A stretch of 64,000 nt of DNA, taken from positions 42,066 through 106,065 of the forward strand of contig JACRAU010000023.1 of assembly GCA_016234655.1 (NCBI GenBank), written 5' to 3'. Origin of the DNA: Betaproteobacteria bacterium (GTDB lineage Bacteria; Pseudomonadota; Gammaproteobacteria; Burkholderiales; Thiobacillaceae). The notes beneath the pieces are model-generated. The model ran no database searches. It had not been told where the DNA came from and saw nothing but the letters and a program-made list of their open reading frames with translations. Position numbers and translations under genes: made by a program. Positions 30,795 to 39,358 of the stretch are shown here, piece after piece. The number at the start of each line of letters is the position of its first letter. The first letter of the stretch is position 1.

Positions 30795-32003
30795 ATGGAT
30801 GCGATCTACCTGGACAACAACGCCACCACGCGGGTCGACCCCGCGGTGGTCGAGATGATGCTGCCCTTCTTCACCGAGCAGTTCGGCAATGCCTCCAGCC
30901 TGCACAGCTTCGGCAACAAGGTCGGCCTGGCGATCAAGAAGGCGCGCATGCAGGTGCAGGAGCTGCTGGGCGCCGAGCACGAATCGGAGATCGTCTTCAC
31001 CTCCTGCGGCACCGAGTCCGATTCCACCGCCATCCTTTCCGCCTTGAAGGCCCAGCCCGAGCGTCGCGAGATCATCACCACGGTGCTGGAGCACCCGGCC
31101 ATCCTGGCCTTGTGCACGCAATTGGAGAAGGAAGGCTATACCGTCCACTACCTCAAGGTGGACGACAAGGGTCGGCTGGACTTGGACGAATACAAGCGGC
31201 TGCTTTCCGACAAGGTCGCCGTGGTCTCCGTCATGTGGGCCAACAACGAGACCGGCAGTTACTTCCCGGTGCTGGAGATGGCCGAGTTGGCCCACGCCGC
31301 CGGCGTGATGTTCCACACCGACGCGGTGCAGGCCGTGGGCAAGATTCCGATGGACCTGAAGAGCAGCAAGATCGACATGCTCTCGCTGTCCGGCCACAAG
31401 CTGCACGCGCCCAAGGGCATCGGCGTGCTCTACCTCAAGCGCGGCACCCGCTTCCGGCCGCTGCTGCGCGGCGGCCACCCGGAGCGCGGCCGTCGGGCCG
31501 GCACCGAGAACAGCGCGTCCATCGTCGGCCTGGGTAAGGCCTGCGAGATGGCCCTGGCGGCGATGGACTACGAGAACACCGAGGTCGCCCGCCTGCGCGA
31601 CAAGCTGGAGGCCGGCATATTGGCCCGCGTACCGCGATCGTTCGCCACCGGCGACGTGAGCAACCGCTTGCCCAACACCAGCAACATCGCCTTCGAGTTC
31701 ATCGAGGGCGAGGCCATCCTGCTGCTGCTCAACAAGTTCGGCATCGCCGCCAGTTCCGGCTCGGCCTGCACCTCGGGCAGCCTGGAGCCCAGCCACGTGA
31801 TGCGCGCGATGGGCATCCCCTACACCGCCGCCCACGGCACGGTGCGCTTCTCGCTGTCGCGCTACACCACCGAGGCCGAGGTCGACCGGGTGATCCAGGT
31901 CGTGCCGGAGATCGTCGCGCAACTGCGCAAGCTGTCGCCCTACTGGGGCGAGACCGGCCCGGTCGAGGAACCGGACAAGGCCTTCGCGCCGACTTATGCC
32001 TGA
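30795..32003 (+). CDS. nifS: Cysteine desulfurase NifS
   Basis: Class V aminotransferase; PLP-lysine block SLSGHKLHAPKGIG; active-site SSGSACTSGS. Confidence 0.97.
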   Translation: MDAIYLDNNATTRVDPAVVEMMLPFFTEQFGNASSLHSFGNKVGLAIKKARMQVQELLGAEHESEIVFTSCGTESDSTAILSALKAQPERREIITTVLEHPAILALCTQLEKEGYTVHYLKVDDKGRLDLDEYKRLLSDKVAVVSVMWANNETGSYFPVLEMAELAHAAGVMFHTDAVQAVGKIPMDLKSSKIDMLSLSGHKLHAPKGIGVLYLKRGTRFRPLLRGGHPERGRRAGTENSASIVGLGKACEMALAAMDYENTEVARLRDKLEAGILARVPRSFATGDVSNRLPNTSNIAFEFIEGEAILLLLNKFGIAASSGSACTSGSLEPSHVMRAMGIPYTAAHGTVRFSLSRYTTEAEVDRVIQVVPEIVAQLRKLSPYWGETGPVEEPDKAFAPTYA

Positions 32004-32012
32004 GGTCTAGCC

Positions 32013-33164
32013 ATGAAACCGGCCCGCACCATCACCATCGACGACACCACGCTGCGCGACGGCGAGCAGTCGGCCGGCGTCGCCTTCACCCTGGAGGAGA
32101 AGCTGGACATCGCCCGCCGCTTGGATGCGCTGGGCGTGCCGGAACTCGAGGTCGGCATTCCGGCCATGGGCGACGGCGAGTGCGAGGGCATCCGCGCGGT
32201 GGCCGCGCTTGGCATGCAAGCCAGGCTGGTGGTGTGGAGCCGCATGCACGGCGGCGACCTGGCGGCCTGCCGCAATATGCCGGTGGACATGGTCGACCTG
32301 TCCATCCCGGTGTCCGACATCCATATCGCCAAGAAGCTGAAGCGCGATCGCGCCTGGGTGCTGCGCACCATCCATGACATGGTGCCGCGCGCCTTGGATA
32401 TGGGTCTGGAGGTGATCGTCGGCGGCGAGGACGCCTCGCGCGCCGATCCCGAATTCCTGTTGCGCGTGGCCGATGCCGCCCAGGCCGCCGGCGCCCGCCG
32501 GTTCCGCTATGCCGATACCTTGGGCGTGATGGAGCCGTTCGGCGTGGCCGAGGCGATCGCCACCTTGCGCGGCGTGGTCGATCTGGAGATCGAGATGCAC
32601 GCCCACGACGACCTCGGCCTGGCCACGGCCAACACCCTGGCCGCCTGCCGTGCCGGCGCGAGCCATGTGAACACCACGGTGAACGGCCTGGGCGAGCGGG
32701 CCGGCAATGCCGCGTTGGAAGAGGTGGCGCTGGGCTTGAACAAGCTCTACGGCCTGGATACCGGCGTCGACCTGAGCGATTTCCCGGCGCTGTCCGAGCG
32801 GGTGGCTGCGGCCTCCGGCCGGCCGGTGCCGTGGCAGAAGAGCCTGGTCGGCGAGGGCGTCTTCACCCACGAGGCCGGCATCCACGTCGACGGCCTGCTC
32901 AAGGACCCGGAGACCTACCAGGGCTTCGACCCGCGCGAGGTGGGCCGCAGCCACAAGCTGGTGCTGGGCAAGCACTCCGGCTCGCGCGGCGTGATCGCGG
33001 CCTATGCCCGCATGGGCCTCAATCTGAGCCAGGCCGACGCGCGCGAACTGCTGCAGGACATCCGCGCCTTCGCCGAGAAGGCCAAGCGTTCGCCGGCCGA
33101 GCACGAGCTGCTGTTCATCTACCGGCGCCTGATCAGCCGCGGCATGCCGGAAGCGGTGCATTGA
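32013..33164 (+). CDS. nifV: Homocitrate synthase NifV
   Basis: [17 protein letters not shown]-like N-terminus, 383 aa, position after nifS. Confidence 0.95.
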   Translation: MKPARTITIDDTTLRDGEQSAGVAFTLEEKLDIARRLDALGVPELEVGIPAMGDGECEGIRAVAALGMQARLVVWSRMHGGDLAACRNMPVDMVDLSIPVSDIHIAKKLKRDRAWVLRTIHDMVPRALDMGLEVIVGGEDASRADPEFLLRVADAAQAAGARRFRYADTLGVMEPFGVAEAIATLRGVVDLEIEMHAHDDLGLATANTLAACRAGASHVNTTVNGLGERAGNAALEEVALGLNKLYGLDTGVDLSDFPALSERVAAASGRPVPWQKSLVGEGVFTHEAGIHVDGLLKDPETYQGFDPREVGRSHKLVLGKHSGSRGVIAAYARMGLNLSQADARELLQDIRAFAEKAKRSPAEHELLFIYRRLISRGMPEAVH

Positions 33165-33174
33165 AGGAGGCGAA

Positions 33175-33948
33175 ATGGACCAAGCCCTGACCGTTGCCGC
33201 CACGCCGTCGCCCGAGCCCGGCCTGTTCGCCTTGTTGCGCGAAGACATCGACTGCGTGTTCCAGCGCGACCCGGCCGCGCGTTCCCGCTTCGAGGTGATC
33301 ACCACCTATCCCGGCGTGCACGCGATCCTGCTTTACCGCATCGCCCATCGCCTCTGGCGGCACGGCCTGCGCTACAGCGCGCGCTTTCTGGCCTATCTGG
33401 CCCGGCTGTTCACCAATGTCGATATCCACCCCGGTGCCCACATCGGCCGCCGCTTCTTCATCGACCACGGCGCCGGCGTGGTGATCGGCGAGACGGCCGA
33501 GATCGGCGACGACGTGACCCTGTATCACGGCGTCACCCTGGGCGGCACCACCTGGAACAAGGGTAAGCGCCACCCGACCCTGGGCGACGGCGTCGTGGTC
33601 GGGGCCGGCGCCAAGATACTCGGAGCGATCCTGATCGGCGAGCGGGTGCGGGTCGGCGCCAACTCGGTGGTGGTCAAGGACGTGCCGGCCGACCGCACCG
33701 TGGTCGGCATCCCCGGCAAGGTCGTGGTGCGCCTGGAGGCGGCGGGCGAGAACGCGCTGGGCATGAACCTGGACCATCACCTGATTCCCGACCCGGTCGG
33801 CAAGGCCATCGCCTGCCTGATGGAGCGGATCGAGGTGCTGGAGGCGCGACTGCGCGACAAAGGCGAGGCGGTCGACGGCCAGTGCGGCGTGTGCGAGGCC
33901 GACGACCTGTGCGGCAACGAGACTGCGCGCAAGATCAGAAAGGGCTGA
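33175..33948 (+). CDS. cysE: Serine O-acetyltransferase (nif-cluster CysE)
   Basis: SATase N-terminal helices plus hexapeptide region [41 protein letters not shown]. Confidence 0.9.
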   Translation: MDQALTVAATPSPEPGLFALLREDIDCVFQRDPAARSRFEVITTYPGVHAILLYRIAHRLWRHGLRYSARFLAYLARLFTNVDIHPGAHIGRRFFIDHGAGVVIGETAEIGDDVTLYHGVTLGGTTWNKGKRHPTLGDGVVVGAGAKILGAILIGERVRVGANSVVVKDVPADRTVVGIPGKVVVRLEAAGENALGMNLDHHLIPDPVGKAIACLMERIEVLEARLRDKGEAVDGQCGVCEADDLCGNETARKIRKG

Positions 33949-33951
33949 GCG

Positions 33952-34467
33952 ATGGACTTGATGGATTTCGATCAGGCGGGCCTGTACTTCGACGAGCCGG
34001 TCACGGCCGGGGTGGAGGCGTTGATCGCCGAGGCCGGCGCCGAATACGGCGAGGCGGCGGCCGAGGCCTTGCTGCACAAGGCCTATTTCCTGGCGCCGGA
34101 GTCGCTGATGGTGCTGGTCGCCCTGTACCGCTACTACTTCTACCAGCACCGCCTGGACGACGCCTTGCTCGTGGCCGCGCGGGCAATGGCCATCGTCGGC
34201 CGCCGCTTGGGTTTCCCCGACGACTGGCGGCAACTGCATACCGGTTTTCTCGGCCAGGGCGTGCTGCGCTCGATGGGCCTGCTGCGCTTCTACCTGCACG
34301 TGCTCAAGGCCGCCGGTTACATCAACCTGCGCCTGGGCCGCATCGCCGAGGGCCGGGCGATGCTGGAAAAACTGGTCGAGATGGACAGCCATGACCGCAT
34401 GGGCGGCAAGGCACTGCTGGAGACGGTCGTCGCGGCCGTCGCGGCCCGTATCGAGGAAGCCGCCTGA
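33952..34467 (+). CDS. Hypothetical helical (TPR-like?) protein embedded in the nif operon
   Basis: 171-aa ORF starting 3 nt after the cysE stop; all-helical composition; no family recognised. Confidence 0.6.
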   Translation: MDLMDFDQAGLYFDEPVTAGVEALIAEAGAEYGEAAAEALLHKAYFLAPESLMVLVALYRYYFYQHRLDDALLVAARAMAIVGRRLGFPDDWRQLHTGFLGQGVLRSMGLLRFYLHVLKAAGYINLRLGRIAEGRAMLEKLVEMDSHDRMGGKALLETVVAAVAARIEEAA

Positions 34468-34519
34468 ATGCCGCGATATCGAGGCAAACCCCTTCAACCC
34501 GTTTAACCGGAGACATGAA

Positions 34520-34927
34520 ATGGACGAACTGACCCTGGACGAAGCCCTGGAAGAGCTTTCCGCCGCCGAGGATTTCCTCGAATACTTCGGCGTCGCCTAC
34601 GAGCCGAGCGTGGTGCATGTGAACCGCCTGCATATCCTGCAACGCTTTCACGATTACATGGCCCAGGCCAGCGAATTGTCCAAGGACGATGCGATGCGGC
34701 ACGAGCTGTATGCCGGGCTGCTAAAGCGGGCCTACGAGGACTTCGTGCATTCCGATGCGCTGACCGAGAAGGTGTTCAAGGTCTTCCATATGCACGAACC
34801 GCAGACCGCCTTCGTGCCGCTGACCGCGATCGGCGTCGCAGCGCCGGCTGCTGCACCGGTGAGCGGCGGTTGTGGCTGTGGCAGCAGCGGCGGTTCCTGC
34901 GGCAGTTCGTCCATCGCCTCGCACTGA
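34520..34927 (+). CDS. nifW: Nitrogenase-stabilising/protective protein NifW, with a Cys/Gly/Ser-rich C-terminal tail
   Basis: AEDFLEYFGVAYEPSVVHVNRLHILQRF core; start at ATG 34520 (track ORF starts upstream at 34391); tail GGCGCGSSGGSCGSSSIASH. Confidence 0.9.
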   Translation: MDELTLDEALEELSAAEDFLEYFGVAYEPSVVHVNRLHILQRFHDYMAQASELSKDDAMRHELYAGLLKRAYEDFVHSDALTEKVFKVFHMHEPQTAFVPLTAIGVAAPAAAPVSGGCGCGSSGGSCGSSSIASH

Positions 34928-34934
34928 GCTTGGA

Positions 34935-35396
34935 ATGCTGCCCCGCTTCGAATACGGCAAGGCCGTCCGGGTCACGCGCAACGTGCGCAACGACGGCACC
35001 TTTCCCGGCATGGCCACGGGCAAGCTGTTGGTGCGGCGCGGCAGCGTCGGCTATGTGATGAACGTCGGTACCTTCCTGCAGGACCAACTCATCTACACCG
35101 TGCATTTCGTCGACCAGGACCGCATCGTCGGCTGCCGCGAGGAGGAACTGATCGGTGCCGACGAGCCCTGGGTGCCGAGCCGGTTCGAGACCCGCGAGAA
35201 GGTGCTGGCAAAAATCGCGTTGTCGATTCGAGGCGAGGTGGTGGCGCCGGTCGGCGCCGTGGGCGAGGTGTTCAAGGTACTGCGCGATATGCCGGACGGC
35301 ATGCACTACCACGTGCACTTCCCCGGCCATATGTTGCAGGTTCCGGAGAGCGTGCTCGAGGCGGCGGAACAGAAAGCGGAGGGCGAAGATGAGTGA
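34935..35396 (+). CDS. nifZ: NifZ
   Basis: FEYGKAVRVTRNVRNDGTFPG...GSVGYVMNVGTFLQDQLIYTVHF NifZ domain; start at ATG 34935. Confidence 0.9.
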   Translation: MLPRFEYGKAVRVTRNVRNDGTFPGMATGKLLVRRGSVGYVMNVGTFLQDQLIYTVHFVDQDRIVGCREEELIGADEPWVPSRFETREKVLAKIALSIRGEVVAPVGAVGEVFKVLRDMPDGMHYHVHFPGHMLQVPESVLEAAEQKAEGEDE

Positions 35397-36222
35397 GCCT
35401 AATGCAGTGGCTTATCTGGTGCTGAAGACCGCGCAAAACCTCTATAGCCGTAACCCACAAGAGCTCAAACCGGATGAGCATGAGCGCGTGATGCGCATGG
35501 TCGGCCGGCAATACGAGCTGGAAGAACGCATATTGGCCACGCCCGAGGCGCACGAGGTGGTGGTGCCGGAGGCCACCTTGCAGGCGGCATTGGCCGAGAT
35601 TGCCGGGCGCTACCCCGATGAGGTGGACTTCTTCAACGACCTGAACGATAACGGGCTGTCGCGCGAGGGCTTCATCTCGGCGCTGGAGCGGGAGATAAAG
35701 GTCGATGCCATCCTGGAGAAGGTGGGTGCGCGCGCGGCCAAGGTCAGCGATATCGATGTCGATCTGTATTACCACTACCACCCGGAACAATTCCAGCGCC
35801 CGGAAACCCGGCGCGCCCGCCATATCCTGGTCACGGTCAACGACAGCATCGCCGACAATACCCGCGAGGCGGCGCTGGCGCGCATCGATGCCATCGCCCA
35901 GCGCCTGGCCAAGGAGCCCAAGCGTTTCGAGGAACAGGCGCTGAAGCACTCGGAATGCCCGACCGCCTTACACGGCGGCCTGCTGGGTGAAGTCAAGCGC
36001 GGGCAGCTCTACCCCGAGCTGGATGAGGCGCTGTTCGCAATGCAGCCAGGCCAAGTCAGCGGCGTGATCGAGTCGTCGCTCGGCTTCCATGTCTTGTTTT
36101 GCGAGGCGATTACGCCGGCCGGTACCCTGCCCATCGCCCTGGTGCGCGATGCGGTGCGCGCGAGGCTCGAATCCCGGCGCAAGAAAATATGCCAAAAGGT
36201 CTGGCTGGCCGGCTTGAGTTAG
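35389..36222 (+). CDS. nifM: NifM parvulin-type peptidyl-prolyl isomerase
   Basis: Start overlaps the nifZ stop (ATGAGTGA); C-terminal PPIase RRARHILVTVN...HSECPTALHGGLLGEVKRGQLYPELDEALF...GFHVLFCE. Confidence 0.9.
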   Translation: MSEPNAVAYLVLKTAQNLYSRNPQELKPDEHERVMRMVGRQYELEERILATPEAHEVVVPEATLQAALAEIAGRYPDEVDFFNDLNDNGLSREGFISALEREIKVDAILEKVGARAAKVSDIDVDLYYHYHPEQFQRPETRRARHILVTVNDSIADNTREAALARIDAIAQRLAKEPKRFEEQALKHSECPTALHGGLLGEVKRGQLYPELDEALFAMQPGQVSGVIESSLGFHVLFCEAITPAGTLPIALVRDAVRARLESRRKKICQKVWLAGLS

Positions 36223-36253
36223 AGCCTACCCAATTCTTGGGCGCCAACTCGCC

Positions 36254-36712
36254 ATGATCTTTTCCCGATCCAGCCAATATGCCGTCCAGGCCATGGTCTA
36301 CCTGGCCAGCCAGCCACCGGGGCATTACGTCCTGGCGCGCAGCATGGCGTCCGACCTGGACATCCCCCGACCCTATCTGGCCAAGTTGCTGAATCGCCTG
36401 GTGCAGGCGGGCCTGGTGCATTCGGTGCGCGGGCGCTTGGGCGGGTTCCGTCTGGCGCGCCAGGCCGGCCGGATCGGCCTGTTGGAGATCGTCATGCAGG
36501 TCGAGGGGGTCGAGATGAAGCAGGATTGCCTGCTCGGCCTCAAGAAATGTTCGGACGAGACCGCGTGCGCGATGCATAAACGTTGGCGGCCGATCAAGGA
36601 ACAGCTCTTCCGCATCTTGGAAGAACACAGCCTGGCAAAACTCGCCCAGGCCATCAACAGCGGGCGGGGCTGCCTGGGCGCCTTGTCCCTGGCGACACTA
36701 TTGCCGCGTTAA
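36254..36712 (+). CDS. Rrf2-family (IscR/NsrR-like) transcriptional regulator
   Basis: SSQYAVQAMVYLA... winged HTH N-terminus; three clustered Cys (C-x6-C-x5-C: CLLGLKKCSDETAC) typical of Fe-S-binding Rrf2 proteins. Confidence 0.9.
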   Translation: MIFSRSSQYAVQAMVYLASQPPGHYVLARSMASDLDIPRPYLAKLLNRLVQAGLVHSVRGRLGGFRLARQAGRIGLLEIVMQVEGVEMKQDCLLGLKKCSDETACAMHKRWRPIKEQLFRILEEHSLAKLAQAINSGRGCLGALSLATLLPR

Positions 36713-36990
36713 TCGTCGTCATCCTCGTCGCTCATCCGCCGGCGGGGCACGGTCTTGGGATCGGCCGTGATGCCGCTATAGATCTCGACCCGGTCGCCCG
36801 CTTGCAGCGGCGCATCCAGCTTGGCCAGCTTGCCGAAGATGCCGATCTTCTGCGCCGCCAGGTCGATCTGCGGGAACAGGTTCAGGATGCCGGAGCGCTC
36901 GATGGCCTGTTGCACGGTGCTGTCCTCGGGTACCTCGATGCGTAGCCAGACCTGCTGGCTCGGCTCGGAATAGGCGACGGCGATCTGCAT
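36709..36990 (-). CDS. rnfH: RnfH (UPF0125) ubiquitin-fold protein
   Basis: 93 aa; QVWLRIEVPEDSTVQQAIERSGIL...GDRVEIY pattern; last gene of the rnf operon. Confidence 0.9.
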   Translation of the reverse strand: MQIAVAYSEPSQQVWLRIEVPEDSTVQQAIERSGILNLFPQIDLAAQKIGIFGKLAKLDAPLQAGDRVEIYSGITADPKTVPRRRMSDEDDDD

Positions 36991-37014
36991 GGTTCGACTC
37001 CTTCGTTCGTCCTA

Positions 37015-37689
37015 TCAACCGGCCGTCGCTTGCGGCACCGCCGCCACGGTTTCGCGTTCGGCCAGTTTCTTGTCGATCAGGCGCTTGCCCGCCAGCAGGA
37101 AGCCGACGGCCAGGAAGCCGCCCGGCGGCAGGATCATCAGCAGGTAGCCCTTGTATTGCGGGATGACCGTGGTTTCGAGGAAGGCGAAGGCGGGACCCAA
37201 GAGTAGATGGGCGTTGGCGAACAGGGTGCCGCTGCCGAGCAGCTCGCGCACGCCGCCGATGACGACCAGGGCGGCGGTAAAGCCCAGGCCCATCATCAGG
37301 CCGTCGACGGCGGAGGCGGCCATGCCGTTCTTCGACGCGAACGCCTCTGCCCGGCCCAGGATCGCGCAGTTGACCACGATCAGCGCGATGAACAGGCCGA
37401 GCACCTTGTACAGCTCATGCACCCAGGCGTTCAGGCCCATGTCCACCAGCGTGACCAGCGTGGCGATGAACGCGATGTAGACCGGGATGCGCACCTCCGC
37501 GCTGACCAGATGCCGGATGCTGGAGATCAACACGTTGGAGGCGGTGAGCACGGCGGTGGTGGCCAGGCCCATGCCCAGGCCGTTGGTCGCGCTGCTGGTC
37601 ACCGCCAGGGTCGGACATAGGGCCAGCATCTGGGCGAACACCACGTTGTTGCCCCACAGGCCGTCTCTCGCGATGCGTGCATAGCTCAT
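37015..37689 (-). CDS. rnfE: Rnf complex subunit E
   Basis: DGLWGNNVVFAQMLALCPTLAVTSSATNGLGMG...; start at MSYARI, ATGA overlap with the rnfG stop (track ORF extends to 37830). Confidence 0.92.
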   Translation of the reverse strand: MSYARIARDGLWGNNVVFAQMLALCPTLAVTSSATNGLGMGLATTAVLTASNVLISSIRHLVSAEVRIPVYIAFIATLVTLVDMGLNAWVHELYKVLGLFIALIVVNCAILGRAEAFASKNGMAASAVDGLMMGLGFTAALVVIGGVRELLGSGTLFANAHLLLGPAFAFLETTVIPQYKGYLLMILPPGGFLAVGFLLAGKRLIDKKLAERETVAAVPQATAG

Positions 37690-38300
37690 GATTTCACCTC
37701 GTCCAGCAAACGGCCGCGCTCGTGCTCGAAGAACTCCAGGCCACCCTTGACCGCCTTCACCACGCCGCGCGGCGTGATGGTGGCGCCGGTGAACTGGTCG
37801 AACACGCCGCCGTCCTTCTTGACCGCCCATTGGTCGGCGGGCGGGTCGCCCAGGAAGCGGCGCTCGAAGCTGTGGATCCAGTCGGCCTTGGCCGGCTCGA
37901 TCTTGTCGCCCAGGCCGGGGGTTTCCTTGTGCCTGAGCACGCGCACGCCCAACACGCGGCCGTCGCGGTCCACGCCCATGATGCAGGCGATGGGTCCGGC
38001 ATAGCCGGGGCCGGCCACTTGGAACACCACCGCCTCGACACGGCCGGCGCGGCGGCCACGATAGACGGTGACCTCGCCGCCGGGGCCGGGCAGGGTCACG
38101 CTGTCGCTGAGCAGGTCGTTGTCGTACTGGCTGGGCAGTACTTGCGCCAGCGATTGCTTGAGGTCTTCCGCCGCAGCGGCCTCGATATCCGCCGAGGTGA
38201 TATAGGCAGCCATGGCCAGGGCGCCGCTGGTCAGCAGCGCGCTACCGCCCAACAGCAACCCCTGGTACGAGAGCTTGCCGCGCAGGGCTTCCAGGTTCAT
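37686..38300 (-). CDS. rnfG: Rnf complex subunit G (FMN-binding)
   Basis: N-terminal TM and FMN-attachment region HKETPGLGDKI. Confidence 0.92.
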   Translation of the reverse strand: MNLEALRGKLSYQGLLLGGSALLTSGALAMAAYITSADIEAAAAEDLKQSLAQVLPSQYDNDLLSDSVTLPGPGGEVTVYRGRRAGRVEAVVFQVAGPGYAGPIACIMGVDRDGRVLGVRVLRHKETPGLGDKIEPAKADWIHSFERRFLGDPPADQWAVKKDGGVFDQFTGATITPRGVVKAVKGGLEFFEHERGRLLDEVKS

Positions 38301-39358
38301 GTCCGGGCCTCCTGCTCCGCCGGCAAGGCGCCGCCCTTGCGGTCGCGGCCGTAGATGCGCGGCTTCATATAGCGGTCGATCACCGGCGTGGCGGCGTTCA
38401 TCAGCATCACCGCGAAGGCCACGCCCTCGGGGTAGCCGCCGAAGCTGCGGATCGCCCAGGTCAGCAGGCCGCAGCCCAGGCCGAACAGGAATTGGCCGGC
38501 GGCGGTGTTGGGCGAGGTGACCGGATCGGTGGCGATGAAGAAGGCACCGAGCATGAGCCCGCCCGACAGCAGGTGGGGCAAGGGGCCGAGGAAATGAGCC
38601 GGGTTGGCCCAGTTGGCGATCAGCGCCGGCACGGCCACGCCGAGCAGCATGGCGACCGGGGCGTGCCAGGTGAAGATGCGGCGCGCGATCAGGAAGATGC
38701 CGCCGGCCAGCAGCAGCAAGCTCGCGGTTTCGCCCAGGCTGCCGACGCGGCTGCCGGCCAGGCCGTCTTGCAAGGCATAGTGGCCGGGCAGGCTATGCAG
38801 CAGGTCGACGCCGCGCGTCAGTTCGGTCTTGGCATGGCCGAGCAGCGAGGCGCTGGTCATCGCGTCCCACGAGGCGCCGCCGAAGGTGATGGCCAAGGCC
38901 TCGGCAAAGCCCGGCGCGGGCGGCATCGTGGCCGTCCACAGCGTCATCTCCACCGGGAACGAGATCAGCAGCATCACCCGCGCCGCCATGGCCGGGTTGA
39001 ACACGTTCTGGCCCAGGCCGCCGAACACGTGCTTGACGATGGCGATCGCGAACAGCGAGCCGAGGGCGGCGATCCACCACGGCGCGAACGGCGGCAAGGA
39101 CAGGGCGAGCAGCCAGGCGGTGAGCAGGGCCGAGCCGTCGAACAGGGCGGGCCGGGCCGGGCGGCCTTGCAGGCGCAGGGCGACGGCCTCGGCCAGCAGG
39201 GCCGTGGCCAGCGCCACCGCCCAAAGAAAGACGGCCGGCCAGCCGTAGAGCCAAAAGCCGTACAAGGTGGCCGGCACCAAGGCCAGTATCACCGTGGCCA
39301 TGATCCGGCCGACGCTGGTGATGGCATGGGCGTGCGGGGCGTGAACGGCTTGGCTCAT
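38297..39358 (-). CDS. rnfD: Rnf complex subunit D
   Basis: Polytopic NqrB/RnfD-like sequence; start MSQAVHAPHAH with ATGA overlap of the rnfC stop (track ORF extends to 39727 in an Arg-rich non-coding-like prefix). Confidence 0.92.
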   Translation of the reverse strand: MSQAVHAPHAHAITSVGRIMATVILALVPATLYGFWLYGWPAVFLWAVALATALLAEAVALRLQGRPARPALFDGSALLTAWLLALSLPPFAPWWIAALGSLFAIAIVKHVFGGLGQNVFNPAMAARVMLLISFPVEMTLWTATMPPAPGFAEALAITFGGASWDAMTSASLLGHAKTELTRGVDLLHSLPGHYALQDGLAGSRVGSLGETASLLLLAGGIFLIARRIFTWHAPVAMLLGVAVPALIANWANPAHFLGPLPHLLSGGLMLGAFFIATDPVTSPNTAAGQFLFGLGCGLLTWAIRSFGGYPEGVAFAVMLMNAATPVIDRYMKPRIYGRDRKGGALPAEQEART

